A stretch of DNA of 32,000 nucleotides from a cyanobacterium endosymbiont of Braarudosphaera bigelowii (lineage in GTDB: Bacteria > Cyanobacteriota > Cyanobacteriia > Cyanobacteriales > Microcystaceae): the NCBI RefSeq assembly GCF_020885515.1, contig NZ_AP024987.1, positions 540,001-572,000 on the forward strand, read 5' to 3'. Shown one piece after another: positions 9,586 through 18,768 of this stretch (position 1 is its first letter; every line of letters begins with the position of its first letter). The translations under genes were made by a program, and so were the position numbers. The notes under the pieces were generated by a model, which worked only from the letters and a program-made list of their open reading frames with translations, searched no databases and was not told the DNA's origin.

Positions 9586-10392
9586 ATGAAGCTGTCTATT
9601 ATTATCCCCGTTTACAATGAAATCCATACTATAGCTATTATTCTAACAAAAATAGCTATGGCTCTCCCAGAAGTAGATAAAGAAATCATCCTAGTAGACG
9701 ATGGATCTACTGATGGTACTCGAGAATGGTTATTAAAAACCTTTGGATCTGCTAATAAAAATTCTGTCAAAGCAACATTAAACAATGGTTCTCTTGTAGC
9801 TGTAGATAGAATTGAAAATAATTTACAGGAACCATCTACAGAAGCAAAAGTAGAAACGGCTTCTATAACAGTTAATATAATTTTTCATCATCTTAATCAA
9901 GGTAAAGGAGCTGCATTAAGAACAGGATTTGAAAATTCCACTGGAGAAGTTCTTGTCATACAAGATGCCGATTTAGAATATGATCCACAAGATTGGAAGC
10001 GAATGTGGAAACTGATTGAGGGAAATCATGCAGATATAGTTTATGGAAGTAGATTTTATGGAGAACCTCATCGAGTATTATATTTTCACCATCTTTTAGG
10101 GAATAAGGTAATTTCTAATTTAATTAATTTATTATGTAATACTACTCTTACTGATATTGAAGTTTGTTATAAAATGTTTCATCGTAAAGTTATAAATGGA
10201 ATGGAACTTATTTGTAATGACTTCGGTTTTGAAGTAGAGTTTACAGTTAAAGTTACCAAAGCCCGTAAATGGCGCATATACGAGACTGGTATTTCTTACT
10301 ATGGAAGAACTTATGAAGAAGGAAAAAAAATTAACTGGAAAGATGGTGTCAAAGCTTTAGCATATATTGTATGGTTTTGGTTGTTTCACTAA
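9586..10392 (+). CDS. Glycosyltransferase family 2, DPM1-like
   Basis: MKLSIIIPVYNEIHTI, ILVDDGSTDGTREW, NQGKGAALRTGF, VLVIQDADLEYDPQDW, GSRFYG: GT-A fold GT2 motifs. Confidence 0.93.
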   Translation: MKLSIIIPVYNEIHTIAIILTKIAMALPEVDKEIILVDDGSTDGTREWLLKTFGSANKNSVKATLNNGSLVAVDRIENNLQEPSTEAKVETASITVNIIFHHLNQGKGAALRTGFENSTGEVLVIQDADLEYDPQDWKRMWKLIEGNHADIVYGSRFYGEPHRVLYFHHLLGNKVISNLINLLCNTTLTDIEVCYKMFHRKVINGMELICNDFGFEVEFTVKVTKARKWRIYETGISYYGRTYEEGKKINWKDGVKALAYIVWFWLFH

Positions 10393-10448
10393 ATATACAA
10401 AAAATACTAGTATGCTTATGAGGTTTTAATATACATTGAATATAATTT

Positions 10449-10485
10449 AAGTTTGAAGGTATGTTTATCACATACCTTCAAACTT
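10449..10485. terminator. Bidirectional hairpin terminator between convergent GT2 and frr
   Basis: AAGTTTGAAGGTATG (10449-10463), loop TTTATCA, CATACCTTCAAACTT (10471-10485); 15 bp perfect, runs into TTTTT. Confidence 0.8.
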
Positions 10486-10502
10486 TTTAATTGATGGATT
10501 CT

Positions 10503-11048
10503 CTAAACTGTCATAATATCTTTATTTTTGACGGTTAATAATTCATCAATTTTTTTAGTAAATTCATCAGTAATTTTTTGGATATTTTCTTGTAAGTCAC
10601 GGGATTCATCCTCAGAAATATATCCATCTTTTACTTGCTTACGTACAGCTTCATTAGCATCTCGACGAATGTTCCTGACAGCGACTTTCCCTTCTTCTGC
10701 CATTTTATTAGCTATTTTCGTCAAGTCCTTTCTTCTTTCTTTTGTTAGAGGGGGAATATTAAGACGTATAACTTGGCCATCATTATTCGGTGTTAATCCC
10801 ACATCAGACATGTTGATAGCTTTTTCAATTTGTCCTATACTCCCTCTGTCAAAAGGTTGAATCATAAGAGTAGTTGAGTCAGGAGTATTAATATTTGCAA
10901 GAGATTTTAATTGAGCTTCCGTTCCATAATAATCAACCGTTACTCTATCAAGTATCGCTGCATTAGCACGTCCTGTTCGTAAGGTATTAAAGGACTTTTG
11001 AGTAGATTCAACAGTCTTTTTCATACTAGCTTTAAGATCATTTAACAT
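10503..11048 (-). CDS. frr: Ribosome recycling factor
   Basis: [42 protein letters not shown]...KEVKDG-like YISEDES. The Met at 11048 is preferred over the track's 11132, which is read-through inside pyrH. Confidence 0.96.
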   Translation of the reverse strand: MLNDLKASMKKTVESTQKSFNTLRTGRANAAILDRVTVDYYGTEAQLKSLANINTPDSTTLMIQPFDRGSIGQIEKAINMSDVGLTPNNDGQVIRLNIPPLTKERRKDLTKIANKMAEEGKVAVRNIRRDANEAVRKQVKDGYISEDESRDLQENIQKITDEFTKKIDELLTVKNKDIMTV

Positions 11049-11760
11049 CACAGAAGCCTCCCACAACGGTTCCAACAGTTTCACCTTTAATTGCCCGAAC
11101 AATATTTCCTGAAATAGAAAGATTAAAAACAATTATTGGTATATTATTCTCTTTACAAAGTGATATGGCAGTACTATCCATCACTCGTAAATCATGAGTT
11201 AATACATGATTATAATTGAGGCTTATATAGCGACGAGCGTTAGGATTAAGTTGAGGATCAGAATCATACACTCCATCAACTTTAGTAGCTTTGAATACTA
11301 CTTCTGCATCAATTTCTGCTGCTCTTAAAGCGGCAGTTGTATCAGTAGTAAAAAAAGGATTACCTGAACCGGCCCCAAAGACAACAACTCGCCCCTTTTC
11401 TAGATGCCGAATTGCACGGCGACGAATATATGGTTCAGCCACTTCTTGCATAGCAATTGCCGTTAACACTCTCGTTGGAACACCCATTTGCTCGAGAGCA
11501 TCCTGTAATGTCATTGCATTCATAACTGTAGCGATCATTCCTACATAATCTGCAGTTGCTCGATCCATTCCTGCTGAAGCAGCTTTAACCCCACGAAAAA
11601 TGTTACCTCCACCTACAACAATCGCTAACTGAATGTCGTGGCTGATAACATCTTTAATTTCTTGAGCAATATCGGCGACGACTTTAGGGTCAATGCCATA
11701 GCCCAGATTTCCCATCAGGGCTTCACCGCTGAGTTTAAGTAATACGCGCTGGTAAGTCAT
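11038..11760 (-). CDS. pyrH: Uridylate kinase
   Basis: [56 protein letters not shown]; overlaps the frr start by 11 nt. Confidence 0.97.
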   Translation of the reverse strand: MTYQRVLLKLSGEALMGNLGYGIDPKVVADIAQEIKDVISHDIQLAIVVGGGNIFRGVKAASAGMDRATADYVGMIATVMNAMTLQDALEQMGVPTRVLTAIAMQEVAEPYIRRRAIRHLEKGRVVVFGAGSGNPFFTTDTTAALRAAEIDAEVVFKATKVDGVYDSDPQLNPNARRYISLNYNHVLTHDLRVMDSTAISLCKENNIPIIVFNLSISGNIVRAIKGETVGTVVGGFCDVK

Positions 11761-12062
11761 CCCTTTGCTATAACTTGTTTTATTAAGCCTATAATGTCTG
11801 GATAATAAGCATCAGGTATCTTGTCCCTTTTGTCAAACAAATTAATATTATTTTCCTTATTTAAGTAGGCCTGGGTCGATGTTTTTAATGTTTATAACTG
11901 TTTTAGGTACTAAGTCTTGAGAAAAAAAATTCATCCTAAATGAAAACATAATATTAACTATTGAGCTTTTCTCTCAAAGAGTCATAACATAATCAATATT
12001 ATTTACTAGTAACGACTGTTCACTATAAAAACTAATAGCAATACCTTAATGTTACGTGAAAA

Positions 12063-12106
12063 AGAAAATACATTGATACAAAGATTATTGTATCAATGTA
12101 TTTTCT
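12063..12106. terminator. 19-bp perfect hairpin, possible minus-strand terminator
   Basis: AGAAAATACATTGATACAA (12063-12081) / TTGTATCAATGTATTTTCT (12088-12106); on the minus strand it is followed by TTTTC. Confidence 0.6.
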
Positions 12107-12246
12107 GTAAATATTTAGATATAGTTATTTTTATATATAAACTAATGGATAGAAGTCGATTTTCTTACCTATTATTCATAAGTTAAACAATAGTTAAAAT
12201 ATAGACATTTAGTATAACCATAAAGAATACAAAGCATAAAGATATT

Positions 12247-12298
12247 ATTAACTAATTTAGTTATACCTTGTACACAAAATATAACTAAATTAGTTAAT
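12247..12298. terminator. 19-bp perfect hairpin immediately 3' of the DUF2839 gene
   Basis: ATTAACTAATTTAGTTATA (12247-12265) / TATAACTAAATTAGTTAAT (12280-12298), 14-nt loop. Confidence 0.55.
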
Positions 12299-12302
12299 AT
12301 CC

Positions 12303-12521
12303 TTAATTTATTTTAATAGTCCACCATCCAAAAGTAGGTCCAATAAAATGAACCCCAAACCATATAAATATAGTAATTCCAATACCTATCCAAGCTGCAT
12401 TTGTTGTCCATTTGTGCAGTAAATTAGCCTGATTTTTAGAAACAGGAAACTGAGGAAAAATCCTTTCTTCATTCTTCCCGAAATTATTCATTTTTTTTAT
12501 ACGACGCTTTGATTCACTCAT
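12303..12521 (-). CDS. DUF2839 family small membrane protein
   Basis: 72 aa: MSESKRRIKKMNNFGKNEERIFPQFPVSKNQANLLHKWTTNAAWIGIGITIFIWFGVHFIGPTFGWWTI. The MxExKRR start and a single TM with a FIGPxxGWW tail match the cyanobacterial DUF2839 pattern (from memory). Confidence 0.75.
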   Translation of the reverse strand: MSESKRRIKKMNNFGKNEERIFPQFPVSKNQANLLHKWTTNAAWIGIGITIFIWFGVHFIGPTFGWWTIKIN

Positions 12522-13066
12522 ATTTAACTTAAAATAATACTATGACTATCTAGTATAAATATATACTTTGTTGAAAAGTCTGTATAATTTAATATAGAGT
12601 TTTTAAGAAATATTATTAGTTTAAACTAGTAATATAACAACTAAGTATCGATAAGCAACATACTAAGTATGTCATAGCCTCTAGATTTAGAAAATATCAT
12701 TTTTTGTTATAAATTCAGTATTGATATATTTTTAATTACTATCTGTTTACTAGCTTTAATAAAAAATCTTATAGTTACTTTGTAATATTTTAATATTGAG
12801 TAATGAGAGTTATTTACATTTCGTATTTAAGATACAAAGTATAGAAATTTAGAAAATATATATCAATAGTAAAATTTTGATATATATAAATTGTGAATAA
12901 TATTGTCATTCATCGAAATTTTACTATTAATATAATAAATTTTTACAACTATCTCTTTTAACTTATTTGATAAATTATTTTTTATCTTGTAATTTAAAAC
13001 TTATTTGTTGCAGAAACTTGGTATTATAAGACTCAAATAATTATAATTAATTTTCAAATTAAAAAT

Positions 13067-13828
13067 ATGGGAGAGACTATTACTCTATTATCAAAACGAG
13101 AAATTGATAAAATGCGTCGGGCTGGACGTCTAGCAGCTAAATTATTAGATCACTTAGAACCTATGATTAAGCCTGGTATAAGTACTTTAGAGATTAATAA
13201 TGAGGCAGAGAGATGGACTCAATCCCATAGAGCAATAAGTGCACCTCTCGGATATCATGGTTTTCCAAAATCAATTTGTACTAGTGTCAATCATGTTATT
13301 TGTCATGGTATTCCTAATGCACAACAAATTTTAAAAGAGGGAGATATCATTAATGTTGATGTTACGCCGATTTTAGACGGCTATCATGGTGATACATCAA
13401 AAACATTTTTCGTGGGAAAATCTTCACAAATAGCAAAAAAATTAGTAGAAACAGCAGAAACATCTTTAATAAATGCTATTCAAACTGTAAAACCTGGTTC
13501 AAAAATTGGAGATATTGGAGCTGCAATTCAAGAGTGTGCAGAACCACATGGTTTTTCGGTTGTAAGAGATTTTGTTGGTCATGGTATTAGTAATATTTTT
13601 CATACAGCTCCCCAAATTCCTCACTATGGAATAAAAGGTAAAGGCAAAAGACTACGTTCTGGGATGGTATTCACTATTGAACCGATGATTAATGAAGGAA
13701 CGTGGGAAGCAGTTATATTAAAAGATGGTTGGACAGCAGTCACTAAGGATGGAAAGTTATCAGCTCAGTTTGAGCATACTATTGCCGTAACAGAGACAGG
13801 AGTAGAAATCTTAACTATTCTAGATTAA
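13067..13828 (+). CDS. map: Methionine aminopeptidase, type I
   Basis: KREIDKMRRAGRLAA, GYHGFPKSICTSVNHVICHGIP, VDVTPILDGYHGDTSKTF, GHGISNIFHTAPQIPHYG, FTIEPMI: metal ligands present. Confidence 0.97.
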   Translation: MGETITLLSKREIDKMRRAGRLAAKLLDHLEPMIKPGISTLEINNEAERWTQSHRAISAPLGYHGFPKSICTSVNHVICHGIPNAQQILKEGDIINVDVTPILDGYHGDTSKTFFVGKSSQIAKKLVETAETSLINAIQTVKPGSKIGDIGAAIQECAEPHGFSVVRDFVGHGISNIFHTAPQIPHYGIKGKGKRLRSGMVFTIEPMINEGTWEAVILKDGWTAVTKDGKLSAQFEHTIAVTETGVEILTILD

Positions 13829-13965
13829 ATTATTCGAAAGAAAATTTATATTTTATCTAGTAGAGATCTCAATGTTTTAAAACTTAAATCAAAAGTTTGA
13901 AAAACCAATTCTTATATTAAAGATAGTCTAAATTAGACACAACAAAATATAGGATTTCAAATGTA

Positions 13966-14007
13966 AATGTTATTTTTTAATGAAAACAATGATTAAAAAA
14001 TAACATT
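13966..14007. terminator. 16-bp perfect AT hairpin downstream of map
   Basis: AATGTTATTTTTTAAT (13966-13981) / ATTAAAAAATAACATT (13992-14007), 10-nt loop. Confidence 0.45.
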
Positions 14008-14077
14008 AAGGGTTTTTGCTAAACATAATAAAAATTAATTTGTTAATTATAAAATAAACTATGTATATTATTCTTAT

Positions 14078-15319
14078 ATGATAAAAGTTCTTCATTTTTC
14101 TGATATTCATCTCGGTAGTGGACTTTCTCATGGAAGAACAAATCCGAAGACTGGCTTTAATACCCGTCTGGAAGACTTTGTGAAATGTTTAAGTTTATGT
14201 ATTGATAGTGCAATTGAGGAAGAAGTTGATATTGTTCTTTTTGGAGGTGATGCTTTTCCAAATTCAACACCACCTCCATATATTCAAGAAGCTTTTGCTA
14301 CTCAGTTCCGACGTTTGTCTAATCTAAACATTCCTACCGTTTTACTAGTAGGAAACCATGATCAACATTCTCACATAAATGGGGGGGTGAGCTTATCTAT
14401 TTATAGAACTTTAAAAGTACCTAATTTTATAGTTGCAGATACTCTAAAAACTCATAAAATACTAACAAAAAATGGTTATGTACAAGTTATTACCTTACCT
14501 TGGTTAACTAGATCTTCTCTTCTAACAAAATCTAAAACTGAAGGTCTGTCTCTAGAACAAATTGATAATCTATTAATTGAAACATTAGAACCAGCTCTGG
14601 AATCAGAAATTAGAAAATTAAATTCTAATGATCCAACAATTTTACTAGCACATTTGATGGTTGATCGAGCAAGATTTGGGACTGAAAAATTTTTGGCGGT
14701 AGGACGTGGATTTACTATTCCTATTTCTTTATTAATGCGTTCTGAATTTAACTATGTAGCATTAGGTCATGTTCATAAACATCAAAATCTTAACCCTAAA
14801 AATAATCCTCCTATTATTTATCCAGGCAGTATTGAAAGAGTAGATTTTAGTGAGGAAAAAGAGCAAAAGGGATATGTTTTATTAATAATTAAAAAGGGAC
14901 AAACAAGTTGGAATTTTTTTCCTTTACCTGCACGTCCCTTTATTACAATAAAAGCTAATGTTTCTCAGAGTACAAATCCACAAAAAACTTTAATTGATAC
15001 TATTAGAAAAAAACCAATTAAAGAAGCTATTGTTAGATTAAACTATCAAGTTCGTTCTGAACAATTAGAATTAATTGATATTTCTTCTATTCATGAAATA
15101 TTAAAGCACTCTCATAGTTATACAATTTGCCCTGAAATACTTAGTGAGATATCTAGAATACGTTTGCCAGAATTAGGGTTTGGGAAAAGTTTGGATCCGA
15201 TTGAAGCTCTAAAAACCTATCTTAAAGATAAAAACGATATCAAAGATATAACTGATGAGCTGCTAGAAGCAGCTCATCAGTTATTGAAAGAAAAAAACGA
15301 AATAATAGAAACAGACTAA
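14078..15319 (+). CDS. SbcD/Mre11-like metallophosphoesterase, DNA repair exonuclease family
   Basis: MIKVLHFSDIHLGSG, LFGGDAFPN, VLLVGNHDQHSH, YVALGHVHKHQ, IYPGSIERVDFSEE: phosphoesterase motifs. Confidence 0.9.
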   Translation: MIKVLHFSDIHLGSGLSHGRTNPKTGFNTRLEDFVKCLSLCIDSAIEEEVDIVLFGGDAFPNSTPPPYIQEAFATQFRRLSNLNIPTVLLVGNHDQHSHINGGVSLSIYRTLKVPNFIVADTLKTHKILTKNGYVQVITLPWLTRSSLLTKSKTEGLSLEQIDNLLIETLEPALESEIRKLNSNDPTILLAHLMVDRARFGTEKFLAVGRGFTIPISLLMRSEFNYVALGHVHKHQNLNPKNNPPIIYPGSIERVDFSEEKEQKGYVLLIIKKGQTSWNFFPLPARPFITIKANVSQSTNPQKTLIDTIRKKPIKEAIVRLNYQVRSEQLELIDISSIHEILKHSHSYTICPEILSEISRIRLPELGFGKSLDPIEALKTYLKDKNDIKDITDELLEAAHQLLKEKNEIIETD

Positions 15320-15441
15320 TCTAAGCATAGATCTTCTTACGAAATTAATAATATTAATCTTAATTTCATGGTTGTTTAGTTGAAATATGATGTGAGATAT
15401 TCTCAATTACCTTTATAAAAATTAATATTGCTAATTTTTAA

Positions 15442-16686
15442 TTACATAGTCAAAGATTGAATATCAGTTTCTATTACTTTTGCGAGATCCTGTAAAAAAG
15501 CAGCTGCATGAGAACCATAAATTATACGATGGTCACATGTTATATTGACTGTCATCTTATTCTGAATTCCAAATAATTTATCTGAGATTGCTACTACATG
15601 AGGCTTAGAAGCTCCAATCGCTAAGATAGAGCCTTGTTCTGGAGGTAAAATTGCATCAAATGTATCTACTCCAAACATACCTAAATTTGACAAAGTAAAT
15701 GTTCCATTACTATATTCGTTTGATTTTAATTCTTTCTTACGTGCTCTATACAATAAATCTTTCCAGATACGAGAGAGAGAGTAAATATCTGTTTTATCTA
15801 CATTATTTAAAACTGGAGTAATTAGACCGCCATCAGGCATCGCTACAGCTATTGCAATATTAATAGATTCACAATATTGAATACCTGAGTTACCATATTT
15901 AGAATTTACTAACAAATGGTTTCGTAATGTTAAAGCAATAGCTTTTGCCAACATAACAGTCATCGTAACGCCTTTAGATTTGATATTCTTATATAGTTCA
16001 TCTAATTTCTCCGTATTGATATCATAACTTACTCTAAATACTGGAACTTGTAGAGTAGCTGACATATTTTTCACTATTGCTTTCTGTATAGTGCTAAATG
16101 GAGTAATTCCTTGAGATATATTAGTTTTAGGATCAGTTATTAATTTATCTTCTATTTTGTTTTGAACATCCTCTGTTACAATCCTTCCATAAGGTCCACT
16201 ACCTTTAATTTTGCTCAGATCTATACCTAATTCCTTCGCTATTTTTTTGGCTCTTGGAGATGCTATAATGCGACCTTCAGGCTTTTTTATACTAGAAATA
16301 GAAACATCAATAGTATTAAATTCACTTTGATAATTTTTAGTAAAGTTTTCTTCTATTTTTTCTTCTTCCTTTTTTAGAGAAGGAGTAAGTTTCTTAGATT
16401 TTTCAGAAATAGGTAGAACTTTGTTCTGAGTATCGCTAACCTCTTCTGCAGTTTCTGCTATTAAAGCAAGTACCTCTCCTACAGGAGCTTCCTCTCCAGC
16501 CTTTACTAAAATAGTCGCAAGATAACCATCATAGAAAGATTCCACATCCATATCTGCTTTATCTGATTCTACAATTAGAACAGTTTCTCCCTTCGTGACT
16601 TTATCTCCAGGAGATTTTTCCCATGAAATAATCTTCCCTTCAGTCATAGTGGAACTTAAAGCTGGCATAAAAATGTCATAAATCAT
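15442..16686 (-). CDS. Dihydrolipoamide acetyltransferase, pyruvate dehydrogenase E2 of cyanobacterial/plastid type
   Basis: Lipoyl domain (VESDKADMDVESF), E3-binding domain (ASPRAKKIAKELGIDLSKIKGSGPYGRI), catalytic domain ending TCDHRIIYGSHAAAFLQDL. Confidence 0.95.
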   Translation of the reverse strand: MIYDIFMPALSSTMTEGKIISWEKSPGDKVTKGETVLIVESDKADMDVESFYDGYLATILVKAGEEAPVGEVLALIAETAEEVSDTQNKVLPISEKSKKLTPSLKKEEEKIEENFTKNYQSEFNTIDVSISSIKKPEGRIIASPRAKKIAKELGIDLSKIKGSGPYGRIVTEDVQNKIEDKLITDPKTNISQGITPFSTIQKAIVKNMSATLQVPVFRVSYDINTEKLDELYKNIKSKGVTMTVMLAKAIALTLRNHLLVNSKYGNSGIQYCESINIAIAVAMPDGGLITPVLNNVDKTDIYSLSRIWKDLLYRARKKELKSNEYSNGTFTLSNLGMFGVDTFDAILPPEQGSILAIGASKPHVVAISDKLFGIQNKMTVNITCDHRIIYGSHAAAFLQDLAKVIETDIQSLTM

Positions 16687-16950
16687 AAAGTATTATTTTT
16701 ATTTTATGGTACTAAACTATTAGTAAATAAATAATCAAAATAAGAACATTAAATGGATCTTGAAGTTTGATAACATATATTATTGTAACGGAAAAAAAAC
16801 AATTTGAGCATTAAATAAGTCAAGAATAAAAAGTTAGAAAATTTTTAATTTAGTTAATTTTTCATTAAATGACTCCGAAAGATATATCAATTTATTGATT
16901 TTTTTACATTCCTAAAATGATGCAATAAAATTAAAATCATTATATTTTTC

Positions 16951-16999
16951 TAGATGAATTAGAGTTGCTTTTATATTAAAAACAACTCTAGTTCATCTA
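16951..16999. terminator. 17-bp hairpin (plus inner 4 bp), possible terminator of the desaturase/SDR gene
   Basis: TAGATGAATTAGAGTTG (16951-16967) / CAACTCTAGTTCATCTA (16983-16999), one G-U wobble. Confidence 0.6.
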
Positions 17000-17081
17000 A
17001 AATTCTATATAAAATTTTAGCTAATCAATTTATAAATTTTAAGTGAGAATAGTGATTCAAACAAGATGATTCATATACTAT

Positions 17082-18305
17082 TTAATTAAAACTTTTACTT
17101 GTAAAAATTTTAAAATAAAAGCTTTGGAAAAGTTCTTTTAAAGGAAATACTAAATAAGTGGCAGGATTTATCGTAACAATAATATTTCGGTAATCTTTCT
17201 TAGCATCCCTAATGATTTTTTTTGCTACCCAATCTGCTGAAAGAATGCCGATGGGATTGAGCTTACTTTTAAAAGGACCTAATATCAATTTTCTAACAAT
17301 GCAAGGAGCATCTAAACGACGAAGTGTAACTAAATTTCCCAAAGCTCTTTTGCTCAGTTCATATAGTGGACTAAATGCAGGAATTACCTCTGATTCTGAT
17401 GTATTAACCCAAATTTCTTTACAGGCTTTGTCACGATTAGTTTTGATGGTTTTAATAAATAAGTCCATTAAGCGACAACCTGAAAACGTATTAATTTCAT
17501 AAGATTGTCTGATCGATTCTATATTTTTTTTGTTATTGACATTTATTCCGTGATTAATTATTAATATATCAATTTTAGATAATTCATCTATTAATTTATA
17601 TTCTTGTCCAGTTTCCCAAACTAATGTTTTAACAGGTAAACTGTTACCATTAATATCTAAGACAATAGACTTATCCTGAGAACTAAAAGCAACTATTTTA
17701 GCCTGATTAAGGTGTAATATTTTAAGTATTGCAATACCTAGAGTCCCTGATGAACCAGTTACTCCAATGGTTTTGCCTTTTAGAGACAAAGCTGTTCCCA
17801 TGATCTTGTCAATTAAAGTTAGCGTACCACTGTAATAAGCTTTCTGATTGTCAAAGTGATGTCTCCAATGATAAGGACGGTTTACAAACCATTGAGAGGG
17901 CAAAGAAGAGAATTCTCCTGGATTATGAGTGAAATCAGTTAATTTATCAATATTGGAAATTCCTAACCCGCGAGCAACTGCTCCTAGCAGAAAGAATAAA
18001 GAATAAAAGGATCCTAATTCTGCAAACCACCAATAGGAAATATTAAGGAACCATAATATTGTTACAGGAATGGTCCCAAAAACTATCATAACCAAAGATT
18101 CTGGTACATCATTATACCAGTGAGCTTTACGATAAATTTCTTTGTTAACAGAATTAAAATTTGAATCAAATACTCGATGATGCCAATTATGGAAACGATA
18201 TAATGTTTGCCAATTATGAGCAAGAATATGGTAGAGATCTCGAACGATTTCTACCCAAATAATTGATCCTAAACAAAGTGTAATAATAAATATGATATCA
18301 ATCAT
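17082..18305 (-). CDS. Bifunctional sterol desaturase/short-chain dehydrogenase
   Basis: N-terminal His clusters (HNWQTLYRFHNWHHRVF, HWRHHFDN), then a Rossmann motif GVTGSSGTLGIAIL, NHGIN and a SDR-like YELSKRAL. Start placed at Met 18305 (MIDIIFIITLCLG); track start is 18353. Confidence 0.87.
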   Translation of the reverse strand: MIDIIFIITLCLGSIIWVEIVRDLYHILAHNWQTLYRFHNWHHRVFDSNFNSVNKEIYRKAHWYNDVPESLVMIVFGTIPVTILWFLNISYWWFAELGSFYSLFFLLGAVARGLGISNIDKLTDFTHNPGEFSSLPSQWFVNRPYHWRHHFDNQKAYYSGTLTLIDKIMGTALSLKGKTIGVTGSSGTLGIAILKILHLNQAKIVAFSSQDKSIVLDINGNSLPVKTLVWETGQEYKLIDELSKIDILIINHGINVNNKKNIESIRQSYEINTFSGCRLMDLFIKTIKTNRDKACKEIWVNTSESEVIPAFSPLYELSKRALGNLVTLRRLDAPCIVRKLILGPFKSKLNPIGILSADWVAKKIIRDAKKDYRNIIVTINPATYLVFPLKELFQSFYFKIFTSKSFN

Positions 18306-18768
18306 TACGTAGTCATATAAGTATTTATTTTGTATTATAAATAGATAGTACAAAGTATTGTCAAAGTTATCAAAAAAGAATAGTTATTTCTTTATATACG
18401 TTACAGAAATATTTTTTTATTAGTTCTTTTAGAATTATAAGTAAATCTATAGAATACTTTAGATAGTTATCTAACTATAGAATATAGCAGCAGTTCTAAT
18501 TTTAAGGAACATTAAATTATTATCATTAATTTAATATTCTATTAGTATATTGTTTTTTATTTTCACAGTATTGAATTGATATGTTTAGAGAAATAATTAC
18601 TTTTACTTTTCTAAAATATCTAAATTTCTCTCTTCTTCCATAGTTTGTCAATTAGTTCAAAGGCTAACTGTCCATTCTAAAAAATTATCAAATGATTTAT
18701 CTTAGTTTTTAGCTGTTTACTTTATACTTTTACTTAGTGCTATTTTTTTGGATTAATCAATTTTTAAT

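Noticed and set aside
11049-11132. N-terminal extension of the frr ORF up to 11132
   Set aside because: Translation [28 protein letters not shown] is out-of-frame pyrH sequence. Conserved RRF begins [11 protein letters not shown] at 11048.
10528-11548. ORFs 10528..10860 (+) and 11291..11548 (+)
   Set aside because: Antisense to frr and pyrH respectively. No recognisable motifs; low complexity of mirrored codons.
15442-16686. Apparent loss of the canonical DHRxxDG catalytic Asp in the E2 protein (here DHRIIYGS)
   Set aside because: As I recall, cyanobacterial/plastid-type PDH E2 proteins typically carry Y at this position, so this is not a lineage-specific inactivation.
17212-17502. ORF 17212..17502 (+)
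   Set aside because: Antisense to the desaturase/SDR gene, whose frame has clear motifs.
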